This document shows, one piece after another, positions 14,534-26,613 of a stretch of DNA of 64,000 nt (the stretch's first letter is position 1; each line of letters begins with the position of its first letter). Source of the stretch: Eledone cirrhosa (lineage: Eukaryota); assembly GCA_964016885.1 (NCBI GenBank), contig OZ024743.1, positions 113,708,001-113,772,000 on the forward strand, in the 5' to 3' direction. The translations under genes and the position numbers were made by a program. The notes beneath the pieces were generated by a model. The model worked only from the letters and a program-made list of their open reading frames with translations, made no database searches and was not told the DNA's origin.

Positions 14534-14661
14534 GTATATCACGTAAATTGCAGTTGAGATCTTAGAATCTTAGAATTCCATCTGCTGCAGGGAGATGAAC
14601 AGGAAATACACTGACACAGCAATTATACCATAATAAACATACAAACAAAAGTTACAAAACA

Positions 14662-14700
14662 ATGTGTGTGTGCATGTGTCTATGTGTGTACATATGTATA

Positions 14701-14757
<57 letters not shown>

Positions 14758-14770
14758 ACATATGTATATA

Positions 14771-14811
<41 letters not shown>

Positions 14812-14824
14812 TTATATGTGTGTG

Positions 14825-14857
<33 letters not shown>

Positions 14858-14918
14858 GTATATTTATATATATATATATATATGTATGTGTGTTTGTGTA
14901 CATATGTATATATATATG

Positions 14919-14957
<39 letters not shown>

Positions 14958-14962
14958 TTATA

Positions 14963-15029
<67 letters not shown>

Positions 15030-15112
15030 TTATATATATATATATATATGTGTATGTGTGCATGTGTACATATGTATATATTCGTATATTTACATACCAT
15101 CATTTGCGTTGG

Positions 15113-15170
<58 letters not shown>

Positions 15171-15310
15171 ATATATTCATGTAATGATGATCATCATGAT
15201 GTATGTGTGTGATGAGCGCGTGTGTACATATGTATATATATATTTATATATTTATATACCATCATTTGTGCTGGATACATATGTGTGTATATATTCATGT
15301 AGTGATAAGG

Positions 15311-15375
<65 letters not shown>

Positions 15376-15495
15376 TTCCTGTTCTTGCTTGGAGGGAAAT
15401 CAGATGTTAAATGATGAATGCGATGATGATGATGGTGATATGTATATATGTACACACACACACACACATATATATATATATGTATATATATATAG
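14662..15495. repeat. (TA)n/(TG)n compound microsatellite
   Basis: Directly visible. Confidence 0.9.
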
Positions 15496-15851
15496 TGTTC
15501 TGCTGTAAAATGAGATCCAATATCTAATACTTTGGGTTGATTGTAGTGATGGGAACCATTTCCTTCTATTTTCAATTGAGGATTTTCTCAATTAATTTCT
15601 TTTATAGAAGCAATAGCAAAGTAGTGCATGTATTTTTTATACATACTTTTACTATTTTGTTACTACCTCTATAGCTTAGTTATTTGGAAACATTTTTTTT
15701 TGGTTATTTAATAGATGGTCAACTCTGATGATGCTGTCTAGTGATCAGCGTTATACCTGCTATGAACATCCTGTCATTCCCTATTATTCTTTTTTTCATG
15801 TAAAACAGTTAGATTGGACCCGGGATACACACACAAACACATATATATATG

Positions 15852-15894
<43 letters not shown>

Positions 15895-15904
<10 letters not shown>

Positions 15905-16003
15905 GAAATGACAGGAGGCTGGATTTGTGTAAATCCTTGAAAGGTATAATAAACCTTTCAAGGATTTACACAAATCCAGCCTCCTGTCATTTCATTATAA
16001 TAT
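15895..16003. repeat. Near-perfect palindrome, about 51-bp arms, 7-bp loop
   Basis: ...GGATTTGTGTAAATCCTTGAAAGGT ataataa ACCTTTCAAGGATTTACACAAATCC... Confidence 0.9.
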
Positions 16004-16144
16004 TTAACTCCGTAATAGCACCACCAACTACAAAAACAAAGACGGTTGAACTGCTTTACGTTGAGAACTCTCTATATTATTACATTGCGATTGACCATAC
16101 GGAATTGACCAGCTCTATCCAGTGGTGAACCTCAAACCTGAATA

Positions 16145-16270
<126 letters not shown>

Positions 16271-16335
16271 AATAACGAAACGAAATTAAATTTCGTTTCG
16301 TTTGTAACTCACTTTTGTATGACTGACGCTTAAAC

Positions 16336-16904
16336 AATTAAGTTAAAGATGTACATCCATATATGTATACTGAAATACTAGTATGTATATGAATACACAC
16401 ACGTATACATATGTAGATGTACCAAGTTTTTTCACTGGTCACTTTACTGTGAGTGGCCAGCTATTCTGTATGTAAACACACAGACAAACCGGTTTTTAGA
16501 GTCATACTGGTTTTTGAGGAAACACCTTTCCTCTATTCTCCAGAAAGCCAGACAGTCTGCCCACTACTAATTATCATAGAAAAAGCATATAACGATATGT
16601 GCTTTTACGATTCTCTAGAGAGGCCGGAAGATAGGTAAATATTGCTGATGAGTTGTAACAACAACGAAACTAGTTCAATATTCCTTGTCTGGCTTTCTGG
16701 AGAATAGAGGAAAGGTGTTTCCTCAAAAACCAGTATGACTCTAAAAACCGGTTTGTCTGTGTGTTTACATACAGAATAGCTGGCCACTCACAGTAAAGTG
16801 ACCAGTGAAAAAACTTGGTACATCTACATATGTATACGTGTGTGTATTCATATACATACTAGTATTTCAGTATACATATATGGATGTACATCTTTAACTT
16901 AATT
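16336..16904 (+). mobile_element. Fold-back element, 219-bp inverted arms around a 131-bp hammerhead-bearing spacer
   Basis: 16336-16554 is the reverse complement of 16686-16904 (identical peptide starts on both strands in the ORF track). Confidence 0.85.
16638..16682 (+). ncRNA. Minimal type I hammerhead ribozyme
   Basis: AATATTG-CTGATGA-GTTG taacaa CAAC-GAA-ACTAGT-T-CAATATT: canonical core, 7-bp stem I, palindromic stem III. Confidence 0.85.
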
Positions 16905-16923
16905 ATATATATATATATATATA

Positions 16924-16982
16924 TATGTAAGTATGTATGTATACGTACATACATATATGTATACAGACGTACAGTAGCATGC

Positions 16983-17013
<31 letters not shown>

Positions 17014-17132
17014 CAGGTACACATACATATATGCACGCATCAGTTTAGCGGACGCTTATTATAACGCCGCTTTGTTCATTTGTAAACAAACTGAACGCTA
17101 AATTGATGCGTGCATATATGTATGTGTACCTG

Positions 17133-17168
<36 letters not shown>

Positions 17169-17223
17169 TGCTACTGTACGTCTGTATACATATATGTATG
17201 TACGTATACATACATACTTACAT
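16924..17223. repeat. Inverted repeat, about 127-bp arms, about 45-bp spacer
   Basis: CAGACGTACAGTAGCATGC...GCACGCATCAGTTTAGCG mirrored by CGCTAAATTGATGCGTGC...GCATGCTACTGTACGTCTG. Confidence 0.9.
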
Positions 17224-17280
17224 TTAAGTAAGTGCCATACTAAGAGTGAGAAATGAAATTTCATTTTCATTTTATTTCAA

Positions 17281-17325
<45 letters not shown>

Positions 17326-17733
17326 TTCACACATATGTTCTACAAATCAGAAGTCCGATGAGCCACTGATTCCAGAGTCAGGCCCAACCCATACAGATCG
17401 AACCCTGAGCGGATCAGTACGAACATGTAAATCATATGGGTGGTGATCATTGAGTGAAGAATTGCCAGGAGTTCCTAGTAGAAGGAAGCCATAGAAGAGG
17501 CAAACTAAGAAAAATGTGGGCAAAAGTGATGAAAACTGACCTCAAGAAACTGAATCTCACAAAGGAGATGACAAAAGATAGAAACCAATGAAGTGATACT
17601 ATACTAGAGATTACTCATCTAACTCATGGAAGCATGGAAAAACTTGTAAAAATAAAGATGATAGTCAAAGACCAAACAACCATGAACATCTCATACTTTT
17701 TTCCTTTTTATAACAGAAACTATTATTGTTTAA

Positions 17734-17953
17734 CACTTACGATTTAAACCAGCCATATCCAGCCAGAATTCTCTCACTCCTTTCTGTTCAAATTGGCTGT
17801 AACTAGCCACTCATACTGATGTTAATGTATACTTCTCAAAATATATAATATCAAAATTTCATAGATTCGATATTATTTGAGATAATTATGCGAGGTAGAG
17901 CCTTTACCATGAAAATACAATAGTATATATAGAGTAATATAAATGCCAAAGGG
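17734..17953 (+). mobile_element. piggyBac-type MITE (about 220 bp)
   Basis: TTAA flanks, ends AAAGGG|TTAA; homologous to 53524-53744. Confidence 0.75.
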
Positions 17954-17959
17954 TTAAAG

Positions 17960-18582
17960 TCTTCTCTTTCCTGTTTCATAAAGCTATGGTGCAATTTTTG
18001 CAGGAAGATTTTGTTATTTCTGGCAAATCAAGAGACTATGTAGAGGTTTCTCTGTTGGTTCAACTCATTAATTTTGCTTATAGATCAAGCTTGAAAACAG
18101 GTAGCCTTGATGACTCATCACCAGCGATGACTTTCCCAGCAAGCCTGGTTCAGTTTCATGATGCCCCAAAATATCTTGAAACACCTGCATGCACTGTTCC
18201 TTCTGGTCATCATTCAGTAGCTTCAGCACCATCTTTGTACAGATCTTCCACATTCCCAAATCTTCAGTGATATTCTTCCAAACGTTGTTGTGGTTCATAT
18301 TCAGCTGACTTGTGATCAGTGAAACAGTCAGCTGGCAATCACCACACATCATCTGCCTCACATGCTCAATGTTGGCCTCAGTCCTGCTCATTGAAAGCCT
18401 TCCACTCCTGGTGTAGTCTTTCACTTCCTCGTATCCCTCTTTGAACCTTTTGTGCCACTTGAAAACCCATAAACCTGACTGTCTCAACTACACACACTTG
18501 CTGCAGTTTTCTGGATGCTTCTGATGGAGTTTTTCCCCAGCCATACCAGGAACTTCAGGCTGGTTCGTTGCTCCGTGCCCAT
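17960..18582 (-). pseudogene. Mariner transposase remnant
   Basis: MGTEQRTSLKFLVWLGK..., VFKWHKRFKEG..RSGR (HTH), VIAGDES (first catalytic D); frameshifted, internally deleted. Confidence 0.85.
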
Positions 18583-19129
18583 CACTCAACGGCCTAAAAT
18601 TGAGATGTTAACAAAAGCACAGCAAAAAAACATACAGTCTGCAGAGAGTTGGGATCACAGTTATATACTCCCCAGACACTACATCATACAATGACATAAC
18701 CTGCTAATCCCAACCCTACTCATAAGTTACACAGCACAATAAGTCATGCTGAATGTATCTGAGAATTATCTTAAAAGTATATTTGTGGAATGCTCAGCTA
18801 CTGATACATTAATTTCATGAGCAGGCTGTTCTATTGATTGAACAATGGGAACATTCTTCATTGAAACGATAGAGATCCATTGATGAGTTTATCAGTTTCT
18901 CAAACTACTGGCTCTTATCGAGTTAATGAGGGAACATCTATGTTTTAATCTAACCTGCTAGAAATAACAGCCAAATATCTTTCAAAGCAGGCACTATTGT
19001 TTTGGAAAAGAATACATAACAATACATTAGACTTTGAAGTCCATGATATACAAAGAAATGGAATGACCATAGCTGGAATGTCTTTGATCATAAACTTGCT
19101 CAATCAGGGCTGACCTGGTGCTAAACAAT

Positions 19130-19712
19130 AACTATAATAATTGTTTCTACTTTTGGCACACGGCCAGCAATTACCCCAGTGCGTTACTGGTACTTTATTT
19201 TATTGACCTCGTAAGGATGAAAGGCAAAGTTAATCTCGGCAGGATTTGAACTCAGAACGGAAAGGGCCATAACTTTATGCTGCAAAGCATGGTGTCTGAT
19301 GCTCTACCAATACTGCCAATCCACTGCCCATAACTATAATAATAATTGTTTCTACTTTTGGCACAAGGCCAGCAATTACCCAGTACATTACTGGTACTTT
19401 ATTTTATCGACCCGTAAGGATGAAAGGCAAAGTTAATCTCGGCGGGATTTGAACTCAGACCGTAAAGAGACGTAACTATGCTGGAAAGCATGGCGTCCGA
19501 CTCTCTACCGATACTGCCAACCCACCGCCCATAACTATAATAATAATAATGGTTTCTGATTTAGGCACAAAGCCAACAATTTGTTGGAGGAGAAAGTCAA
19601 TTAAATCGATCCTAGAGCATTACTGGTACTTTATTTTATTGACTGTATGGATATAAGGCAAAGCTAATCTCAGTGGAATTTGAACTCAGAAGGTAAAGGG
19701 TCATAACTATAT
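19130..19712 (-). mobile_element. Three tandem Nin/Deu-domain-like SINEs
   Basis: Three repeats of TACTGGTACTTTATTTTAT...AGGCAAAG.TAATCTC.G.GG.ATTTGAACTCAGA with B box and (TAA)n tails. Confidence 0.75.
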
Positions 19713-19919
19713 TACTTTCTTGTACTTGTGATGGCATTCCCCCAAGGTGGGTTGAGCCAACTCCATCGAAGAAATTCACAGTGCTAGTTCATTTCAATGG
19801 AGTTTCTTCAGACAATTGGTTTCACAAGCGATGCCCAGCTGCAAGTATATTCACTTTAGGATAGTGCAATCCAGGTGTTCCAGTGGTTATAGTGCTAAGC
19901 TCTCACTTACTATAGCATA

Positions 19920-20280
19920 TTCCAATACAAATGAAAACCAAAATTGATCACAACAAACCAAATATAGTGTTGATAATCAAGAAAGAAAAGAGGTACTTTA
20001 TTGTGGATGTATCCTGCCCTTTTGATACAATAAAGGATAAAGAAAAAGACGAAAAAAACTATTACAATGACCTCAAATACGAAATTTTGAAAGTATGGAA
20101 GAGTGAAGTAAATAAAGTAATACTGGTACCAATAATTATAGGAGCATTAGGATGTGTAACAGATAATCTTGCTAAAAATGTGCAACAAATTGGATTTGAT
20201 CTTGGTATAGAGCCTGTGTAAAAGAATACCTACTTGGCACTGCCAAGATAATCAGAAAAGGGATGGGCACTACCTAAAAG
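19920..20280 (+). pseudogene. RLE-type non-LTR retrotransposon 3' fragment (R4/Dong-like)
   Basis: HNKPNIV...IVDVSCPFD..KEK...DLK...VPIIIGALG restriction-like endonuclease motif. Confidence 0.75.
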
Positions 20281-20324
20281 AGCAGAAGGCAATTCTTATT
20301 ATCTTCAGTACAAAATAGAGCCTT

Positions 20325-20819
20325 ATGGTAAAATCAAGAGTCAGTGATAGAAAACGATCAAGTGAAGGTGCTATGGGATTTCAGGATACTGACAGAATAG
20401 AACACGATAGGCCTGACCTGGTGGTTTTTGACAAGGAAAAAAGATCATGCCTGATTGTAGATGTAGCCTGCCTCTTTGACACAAGAGTGCAAGAAAAGGA
20501 GAAGGAGAAAATTAACCGATACCAGGATTTAAAGTAGGAATTAAAAAGGATTTGGGACTGTCATGAGATCAAGGCCATCCCGATTGTCATAGGAGCACTA
20601 GGTACTATCTCGAAGAGTTTTCAAGGATGGTTAAAGAACATTTGTCGAGCCCATTTATTGGAACACTTCAAAAGGCATGCTTACTGGGAACAGCAAGAAC
20701 CCTCCGATACGTCCTGAATATCTGAAGTTGCAGGTAGCGGCTTGATGTTCATTTGAACAAACTTTCCAGTTAAATAACATCAATGACTGAGACTCCAATA
20801 ATAATAATAATAATAATAA
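20325..20819 (+). pseudogene. Second R4/Dong-like 3' fragment ending in (TAA)n
   Basis: HDRPDLVVFDKEKRSCLIVDVACLFD...KEKEK..YQDLK, then PIVIGALG; (AAT)n after the 3' UTR. Confidence 0.8.
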
Positions 20820-21336
20820 TCTAAACTATAATAAAGGAAGGTCTGCGGGACTGCGTACGGTTTATTTTTTTATTATCCTGTTAGTAAAATAAGTTGGATT
20901 ACTTTGAATAAATAATGAATGAATATTACATAATTTATCTACTAAATTTCATAAACAAAAATAATTTAAAATTGACTTCTTTTCAAAGTTGCACTTTCGG
21001 TATATCGTTGCCACCACCACCACTTCAACTACCATATATATAGAAAGAGAGAGTGTGTGATGTCAACACTTCCGGTGGCGATCACTTAAATAAACATACT
21101 AATTTTCTCCTAATGCAGTTTATATATAATATCGTCTTCATTTAATATATCATGGATTACATAAGACTGATTACATAAGATAGTGTAACAACGTCTTCGT
21201 TCAATTTCTGTTTATATTGTCAATTACGATTTTATTTGATGTATCATATCTACATGTATATATACTTGTGTATAATATCAATATACACACTACACATGCT
21301 AATAGAAAACCACCCGAAGGGCGGTTTTTCTGCTAG
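20820..21336 (+). mobile_element. Non-autonomous Helitron, second family
   Basis: A|TCTAAACTATAATAAAG 5' end; hairpin AAAACCACCCGAAGGGCGGTTTT plus CTAG|T. Confidence 0.7.
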
Positions 21337-21609
21337 TGACAATAATAAAGAAAATAAAATTGTAAGAATGATGATACAATGCTGAGGATAACAACACCAT
21401 TGATACCTAACAAGGTAGTTTGTACCCATTCTCTAGACAGAATTAACTGACAATGTAAACTAACTAGGTGCTAGCTCTCTCTCCAGCAAATATTCACAAA
21501 CACTGACAAAAAACATTGTCATCATCATCATCATCATCGTCATTATCGTCATCATCATTATCACATAACATGTTAAAATTAAACTACCATCTAAACCATC
21601 ACCATTATG

Positions 21610-21790
21610 GTGGATTGGTAGAGGGTTGGACACCATGCTTTGACGCATAGACCTACGGCCCTTGCCATTCTGAGTTCAAATCCTGCCGAGGTTAACTTTG
21701 CCTTTCATCCATTACGGGGTCAATAAAATAAAGTACCAGTAATGCAACTGGGTAATTGCTGGCCTTGTGCCAAAAGTAGAAACAATTATG
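21610..21790 (+). mobile_element. Nin/Deu-domain-like SINE
   Basis: GAGTTCAAATCC B box; AACTTTGCCTTTCATCC; more copies near 36525, 49755, 49940, 61830. Confidence 0.75.
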
Positions 21791-21969
21791 TTATATATAT
21801 CATCATCATCAGCATTCTACATTTGCTTTTTGATGGTTACATGGGTGGGATGGGTCTTTTCCAGTACAGCATTTCTCCACTTGTCCTGATCTATCAACCT
21901 TTTACTCAACTCTTTTCTCAATTATTTTTGTCATTTGCATTGGGATTCATGCATTTCATATATATATAT

Positions 21970-22333
21970 ATCATCATCATCATCATTAGCATCGTTTAAC
22001 GTCTATCTTCCACGCTAGCATGGGTTAGATGGGAATTGGCCCACTTGAGGCAAGATTGGTCAGGTGACCGTGTCTCGCTCATATGGGATTGTATCTGCCA
22101 GGTTTTCTATGGCTGGATGCCCTTCCTAACACCAACCGCATTTACAGTGTGGAACTGGGAACTTTTTACCGTGTTACCTACACAACCACATTACAGCATG
22201 CGTTTTTTTGTCGTGACACCTACACGATCTCGATATCATTATCTCATTTATTTGGACTGGATGTTGTGGTACCAACTTTACAGAGAGAGTGTGGTGTTGG
22301 TGGGAGTGGGAGGATAGGGTAGGGGTAGTGGAT

Positions 22334-22388
<55 letters not shown>

Positions 22389-22640
22389 TCATTATCATCG
22401 TTTAACGACTATCTACCACGCTAACATGGGTTAGACGGGAATTGGCCCACTTGAGGCAAGATTAGTCGGGTGACCGCGTCTCGCTCGTACAGGACTGTAT
22501 CTGGCAAGTTTTCTATGGCTGGATGCCCTTCCTAACGCCAACTACATTTACAGTGTGGACTGGGAGCCTTTTTACCATGTCTCCTACACGACCACTTTAC
22601 AGCGTGGACTGGGTGCTTTTTGACATGACACCTACATGAT
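21970..22640 (-). mobile_element. Two tandem RTE-tail/SINE 3' fragments
   Basis: (CAT)n-GTTTAACG...GGCTGGATGCCCTTCCTAAC twice; homologous to RTE 3' UTR 58080-58473. Confidence 0.8.
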
Positions 22641-23171
22641 CACTTTAGTATGGAGATATATATATATATTATCATATAATAGACATCACCACCTGGCCTG
22701 TTTTCCTCTATTCTCCCTTCTTACCTTTTCTATGTCTCAGTGTCCTTCTATATCTGCATGTTGGGCTACAATTCTTATTCTCTTCTGTTTTACTATTTCT
22801 CTCCTTTCTATTTTTTCTACTTTAGCTAAGCCCTTGTGTAATCTATATTTGTATAATTTGCCTGAAGACATAACTTGTCCCTACCTGTTATGTTATGTCC
22901 CAGTGTGCACTGGAATGAATAGTATCGAACTTAATTTACCAAAACCATAGTGATTTCCAGAAGTTGACTGAGGAGATGGGACTGTCCTTCTTTCTGTTAT
23001 TTTTTCCATTGTCTTTGTCCCGTGTGCCCCTACTTTGAATATATATATATATATATATAACCCATGCTAGCGTGGAAGATGGACGTTAATCGATGATGAT
23101 GATCATGATATATATATATATCATCATCATCATCATCATCAGGTTTAGCGTCCGTGTTCCACGCTTGCATG

Positions 23172-23207
<36 letters not shown>

Positions 23208-24905
23208 AAAAAGTGTGCTGCATGTCTACCATCAACAGAAAAGTAGACAAAACATTGGGCAGTCCCTTCTCATCAATTGAGCTCTGGATGTCCTCATGGT
23301 TTCAGTGTTGTAAGGTTTATACCACTAGCTCCAGTGCACATGAGACAGTAACAAATGGGCACAAGACAGGATTATTAGTCTTTTGACTATTTACAAGATT
23401 AACAAAAAAGGTAGACTTTGTATAAGGCAGCTACACATGGATATTTAGTAGGAAGATCATCAATAAAATAAACATTTTCCAATCTTAGGAAGGCTCTATA
23501 GAAGTGATTTAAAATAACAGTTTTATATCATAGAACCAGGGGCAGGTTTAGTGGGGTTGGTATCAGAAGTGTTAAAGAAAGTTTAGTCAAGTCTTCTCTT
23601 CTTCTCTTCTTCATGTTACTCCAAAGACCCTTCGGGAGAACCCCATTTCAGTTGCTTGTATTCGGTTGATTGTATTATTTTGGTCATTACCCAAGATTCA
23701 TGACCACAGGAAAGGGCTGGCACAAATACTGAATTGAAGATAGCGAGTTTAGCTTTTACAGCTACCTCCCTTCTGATTACTGAATGCTAAAACACAAAAA
23801 AGATGGGGTGGTCATAGCTGGAATGATTTTTGGCTATAGTTTTGCTCTGTCATGAATGACTTAGGCTAAACATCAACAACAAAGACATGCCAAAAGACAC
23901 ATGACTAATACATATACAGGAATAAAGAACACATTAGCAACAATAACAAAATACATAAAGAGAATACACAATCACATATTCAACTAAAAGGATGTGAAAA
24001 CAGACACACACAAACTTATATGTACACTCACACATACAGGAACACACTCACACATACAGGAGCACTCACACACACACATGCATATACAAAATCACACAGG
24101 CACACACATACACTCATGCAGGCACACATATATGCATGGCATGCTCCCACACACACCAATATATACAGATACATGCACATGTATACATGCATAAATGTGT
24201 ACACGCACATGTGCACACATATACACAGACGCACACCCACACATACTCACACATGCAAAGACACGCTGACACACACACAGACAAACACACATACACTCAC
24301 CCAAACATAAATATTTCATACCACAGTTGATATGAGGCATTTTATTACAATTTGCCCTAAACCCTGTGGTATTTAGATCAGTGCTGGAGAGGTATTAAAC
24401 AAGAGCAGGCTGGAGTTAGATGAGGAACCAGCCATTCTCTTCTGTCAACAGAAACCAGTCATTTCTCTTCTGTCAACAGGAAGTCTGTAAGAATGGCAGG
24501 CATCACTGACTTTGGAGAAAGAAACTCTCTCTATTGTTCATTGGTCATAGAACCAGTAAGTCAAGCCAAATGGTAAAGAAGACACATACACACACACACA
24601 CATACACACATACGCACACATACAGAAACACACACACACATACAGGCATACATACAGGCATACATACAGACACTCACACACATATCTATCATCATCATCA
24701 CCATTTTATGTCTATGTTTCATGCTTGAATGGCTTAGACAGGCCTTCATGTTATGAGGCTCCACAAGGCCAGGTGATCATGTCTTGCTCATACAATCCAT
24801 TTTAAGCAATATGTACTACAGTTGCATGCCTTTCCTAATGCCAACCACTATACAGGTTGGATTGGGTGCTTTTTACTGTGGCTTCAGCATGACCACCTTA
24901 AATAT

Positions 24906-25146
24906 CAGGGGCGGTGGAATCATTTCTGAATGGGGGTGCCAAATTTGGTCAATTTAGTTATAGTGATTAGTTTAACTGTTATTAACCAAGATATTAAAAA
25001 CTTTGATATGTGATAAACACAACCTCTACATAAATTGTAGCGTATATATAAATAGATGTGTGTTTTGGTGATTTGGGGAGAAAAATATAATTATTAGGGG
25101 GGGGGGGGGGTTAGCCCTTCTGGCCTCCCCAGTTCCACTGCCCCTG
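24906..25146. mobile_element. hAT-like MITE
   Basis: TIRs CAGGGGCGGTGGAA / TTCCACTGCCCCTG; internal part homologous to about 5972-6115. Confidence 0.6.
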
Positions 25147-25751
25147 CACATACATGTATGTGTGTGTTGTGTCAGTATATTATCATCAGCATCATTTTTA
25201 CATTGACTTTTCTACACTGACAACGGTTGGACAGGACTTTTCAAGGCAATGTTTTATGGGCAGATGCCCTCCATGGCACTAAATGCACTCTTTCTTCATC
25301 TCTTCTGTGAAGTTTAGTGTTTTGAGATTCACTCTCACCATTTCTATTGAGCTATCCCTCTACAGCAGCTTCCTTCCACTGGGATTTCTCGGCACTTCTT
25401 CACACTACAATCATCATCATCACCGTTTAACGTCCATTTTCCACGCTAGCATGAGTTAGATGGGTTGTCCCATTACAGGAAAGTCAGGTCAAGTGGGCAT
25501 GTCTTGCTCATATAGGACTGTTTCTGGATAGATTTCTATGGCTGGATTCCCTTCCTAATGCCATATGATTCACATGTCCAAGCCTATGTAGTCTACTCTC
25601 AGCTCATCCATGCTTTGTCATTCATGCATATCAACATTGGTCATCCTTCAGATTTTGCTCACTTCATTTCATTCCAACCTTTACTTATCTTTTTCATTCA
25701 CTGCACATGTCTCACTATCATGCAACAATACACACACACACACATGCATAA

Positions 25752-26127
25752 TCATCATCATCATCATTTTACATCCACTTTTCCCTGCTTGCAAGGGTGG
25801 GATGCGAACTGATTCTGGCTTGATTTCTACAGTTGGATGCCCTTCCTAACACCAACCTCATTTACAGTGAGTGCTGGGTTCTTTTTTTCCGTGGCGCCTA
25901 CACGTCCATTTTACAGTGTGGGCTGGGTACTTTTTTTTGCTGTGGCACCTCCACAACCACTTTGCAGTGGAATGATAGGGACCCCAGTCCTATCATCTCA
26001 TTTCTACAGCTGAGTAAACTGGAGAAATGTGAAATAAAGTATCTTTGCTCAAGGAAAAAAACACATCTCCCGGTCTGAGAATTGAACTCACAACCTTTCG
26101 ATTGCAATTGAACTCACAACCTTTCGA
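25752..26127 (-). mobile_element. 5'-truncated tRNA/CORE-like SINE
   Basis: Same family as 41109-41453; short tandem duplication at the truncation point. Confidence 0.8.
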
Positions 26128-26238
26128 TATATATATAAATATATATATATAAATCAAAATGGATGCAGTAAAAACCTGTTTAGACCATTACTCACCAGAG
26201 TACTCAATACTTGGGATAATAGAGTGTGGTAATATAAA

Positions 26239-26337
26239 AGAGTCGAGACCCTGACGGCTGAGCTCTTGCCATTTCAACAACTAGTTCCAAACTAGTTATT
26301 GAAATGACAAGAGCTCAACCATCGGGGTACCGACTCT
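26239..26337. repeat. Imperfect palindrome, about 48-bp arms
   Basis: GAGCTCTTGCCATTTCAACAACTAGTT cca AACTAGTTATTGAAATGACAAGAGCTC. Confidence 0.8.
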
Positions 26338-26613
26338 CTCATACATATATATGTATATGTGAGTGTTTGTGTATATATATATATGTATATATATATCATC
26401 ATCATCATCCTTTTCACATCCATTTTTTCAAGCTTGCATAGGTTCAACAGGTTTTTTCCAGTATAGCTTCCCTTCATCTGTTGCCCTCCTATATCATAAC
26501 CTGTGTAAGATTTAGAATTTTAAGATCTGTTCTCACCATTTCTTCCCAGGTTTTCATTGGTTTTTGTGTACTGCAGCTTCTTTCCACTGGAACCTGGCAC
26601 TTCTTCACTTTAT

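Noticed and set aside
12774-14557. Long poly-T/L/N/G/V ORFs
   Set aside because: Stop-free trinucleotide repeats open in several frames on both strands
14570-15591. YI/CV-rich ORFs (also 203-724, 42356-42986)
   Set aside because: Translations of dinucleotide microsatellites
15717-15820. CTGATGA with GCTG/CAGC hairpin
   Set aside because: No GAAA or stem III in position; at most a very decayed hammerhead
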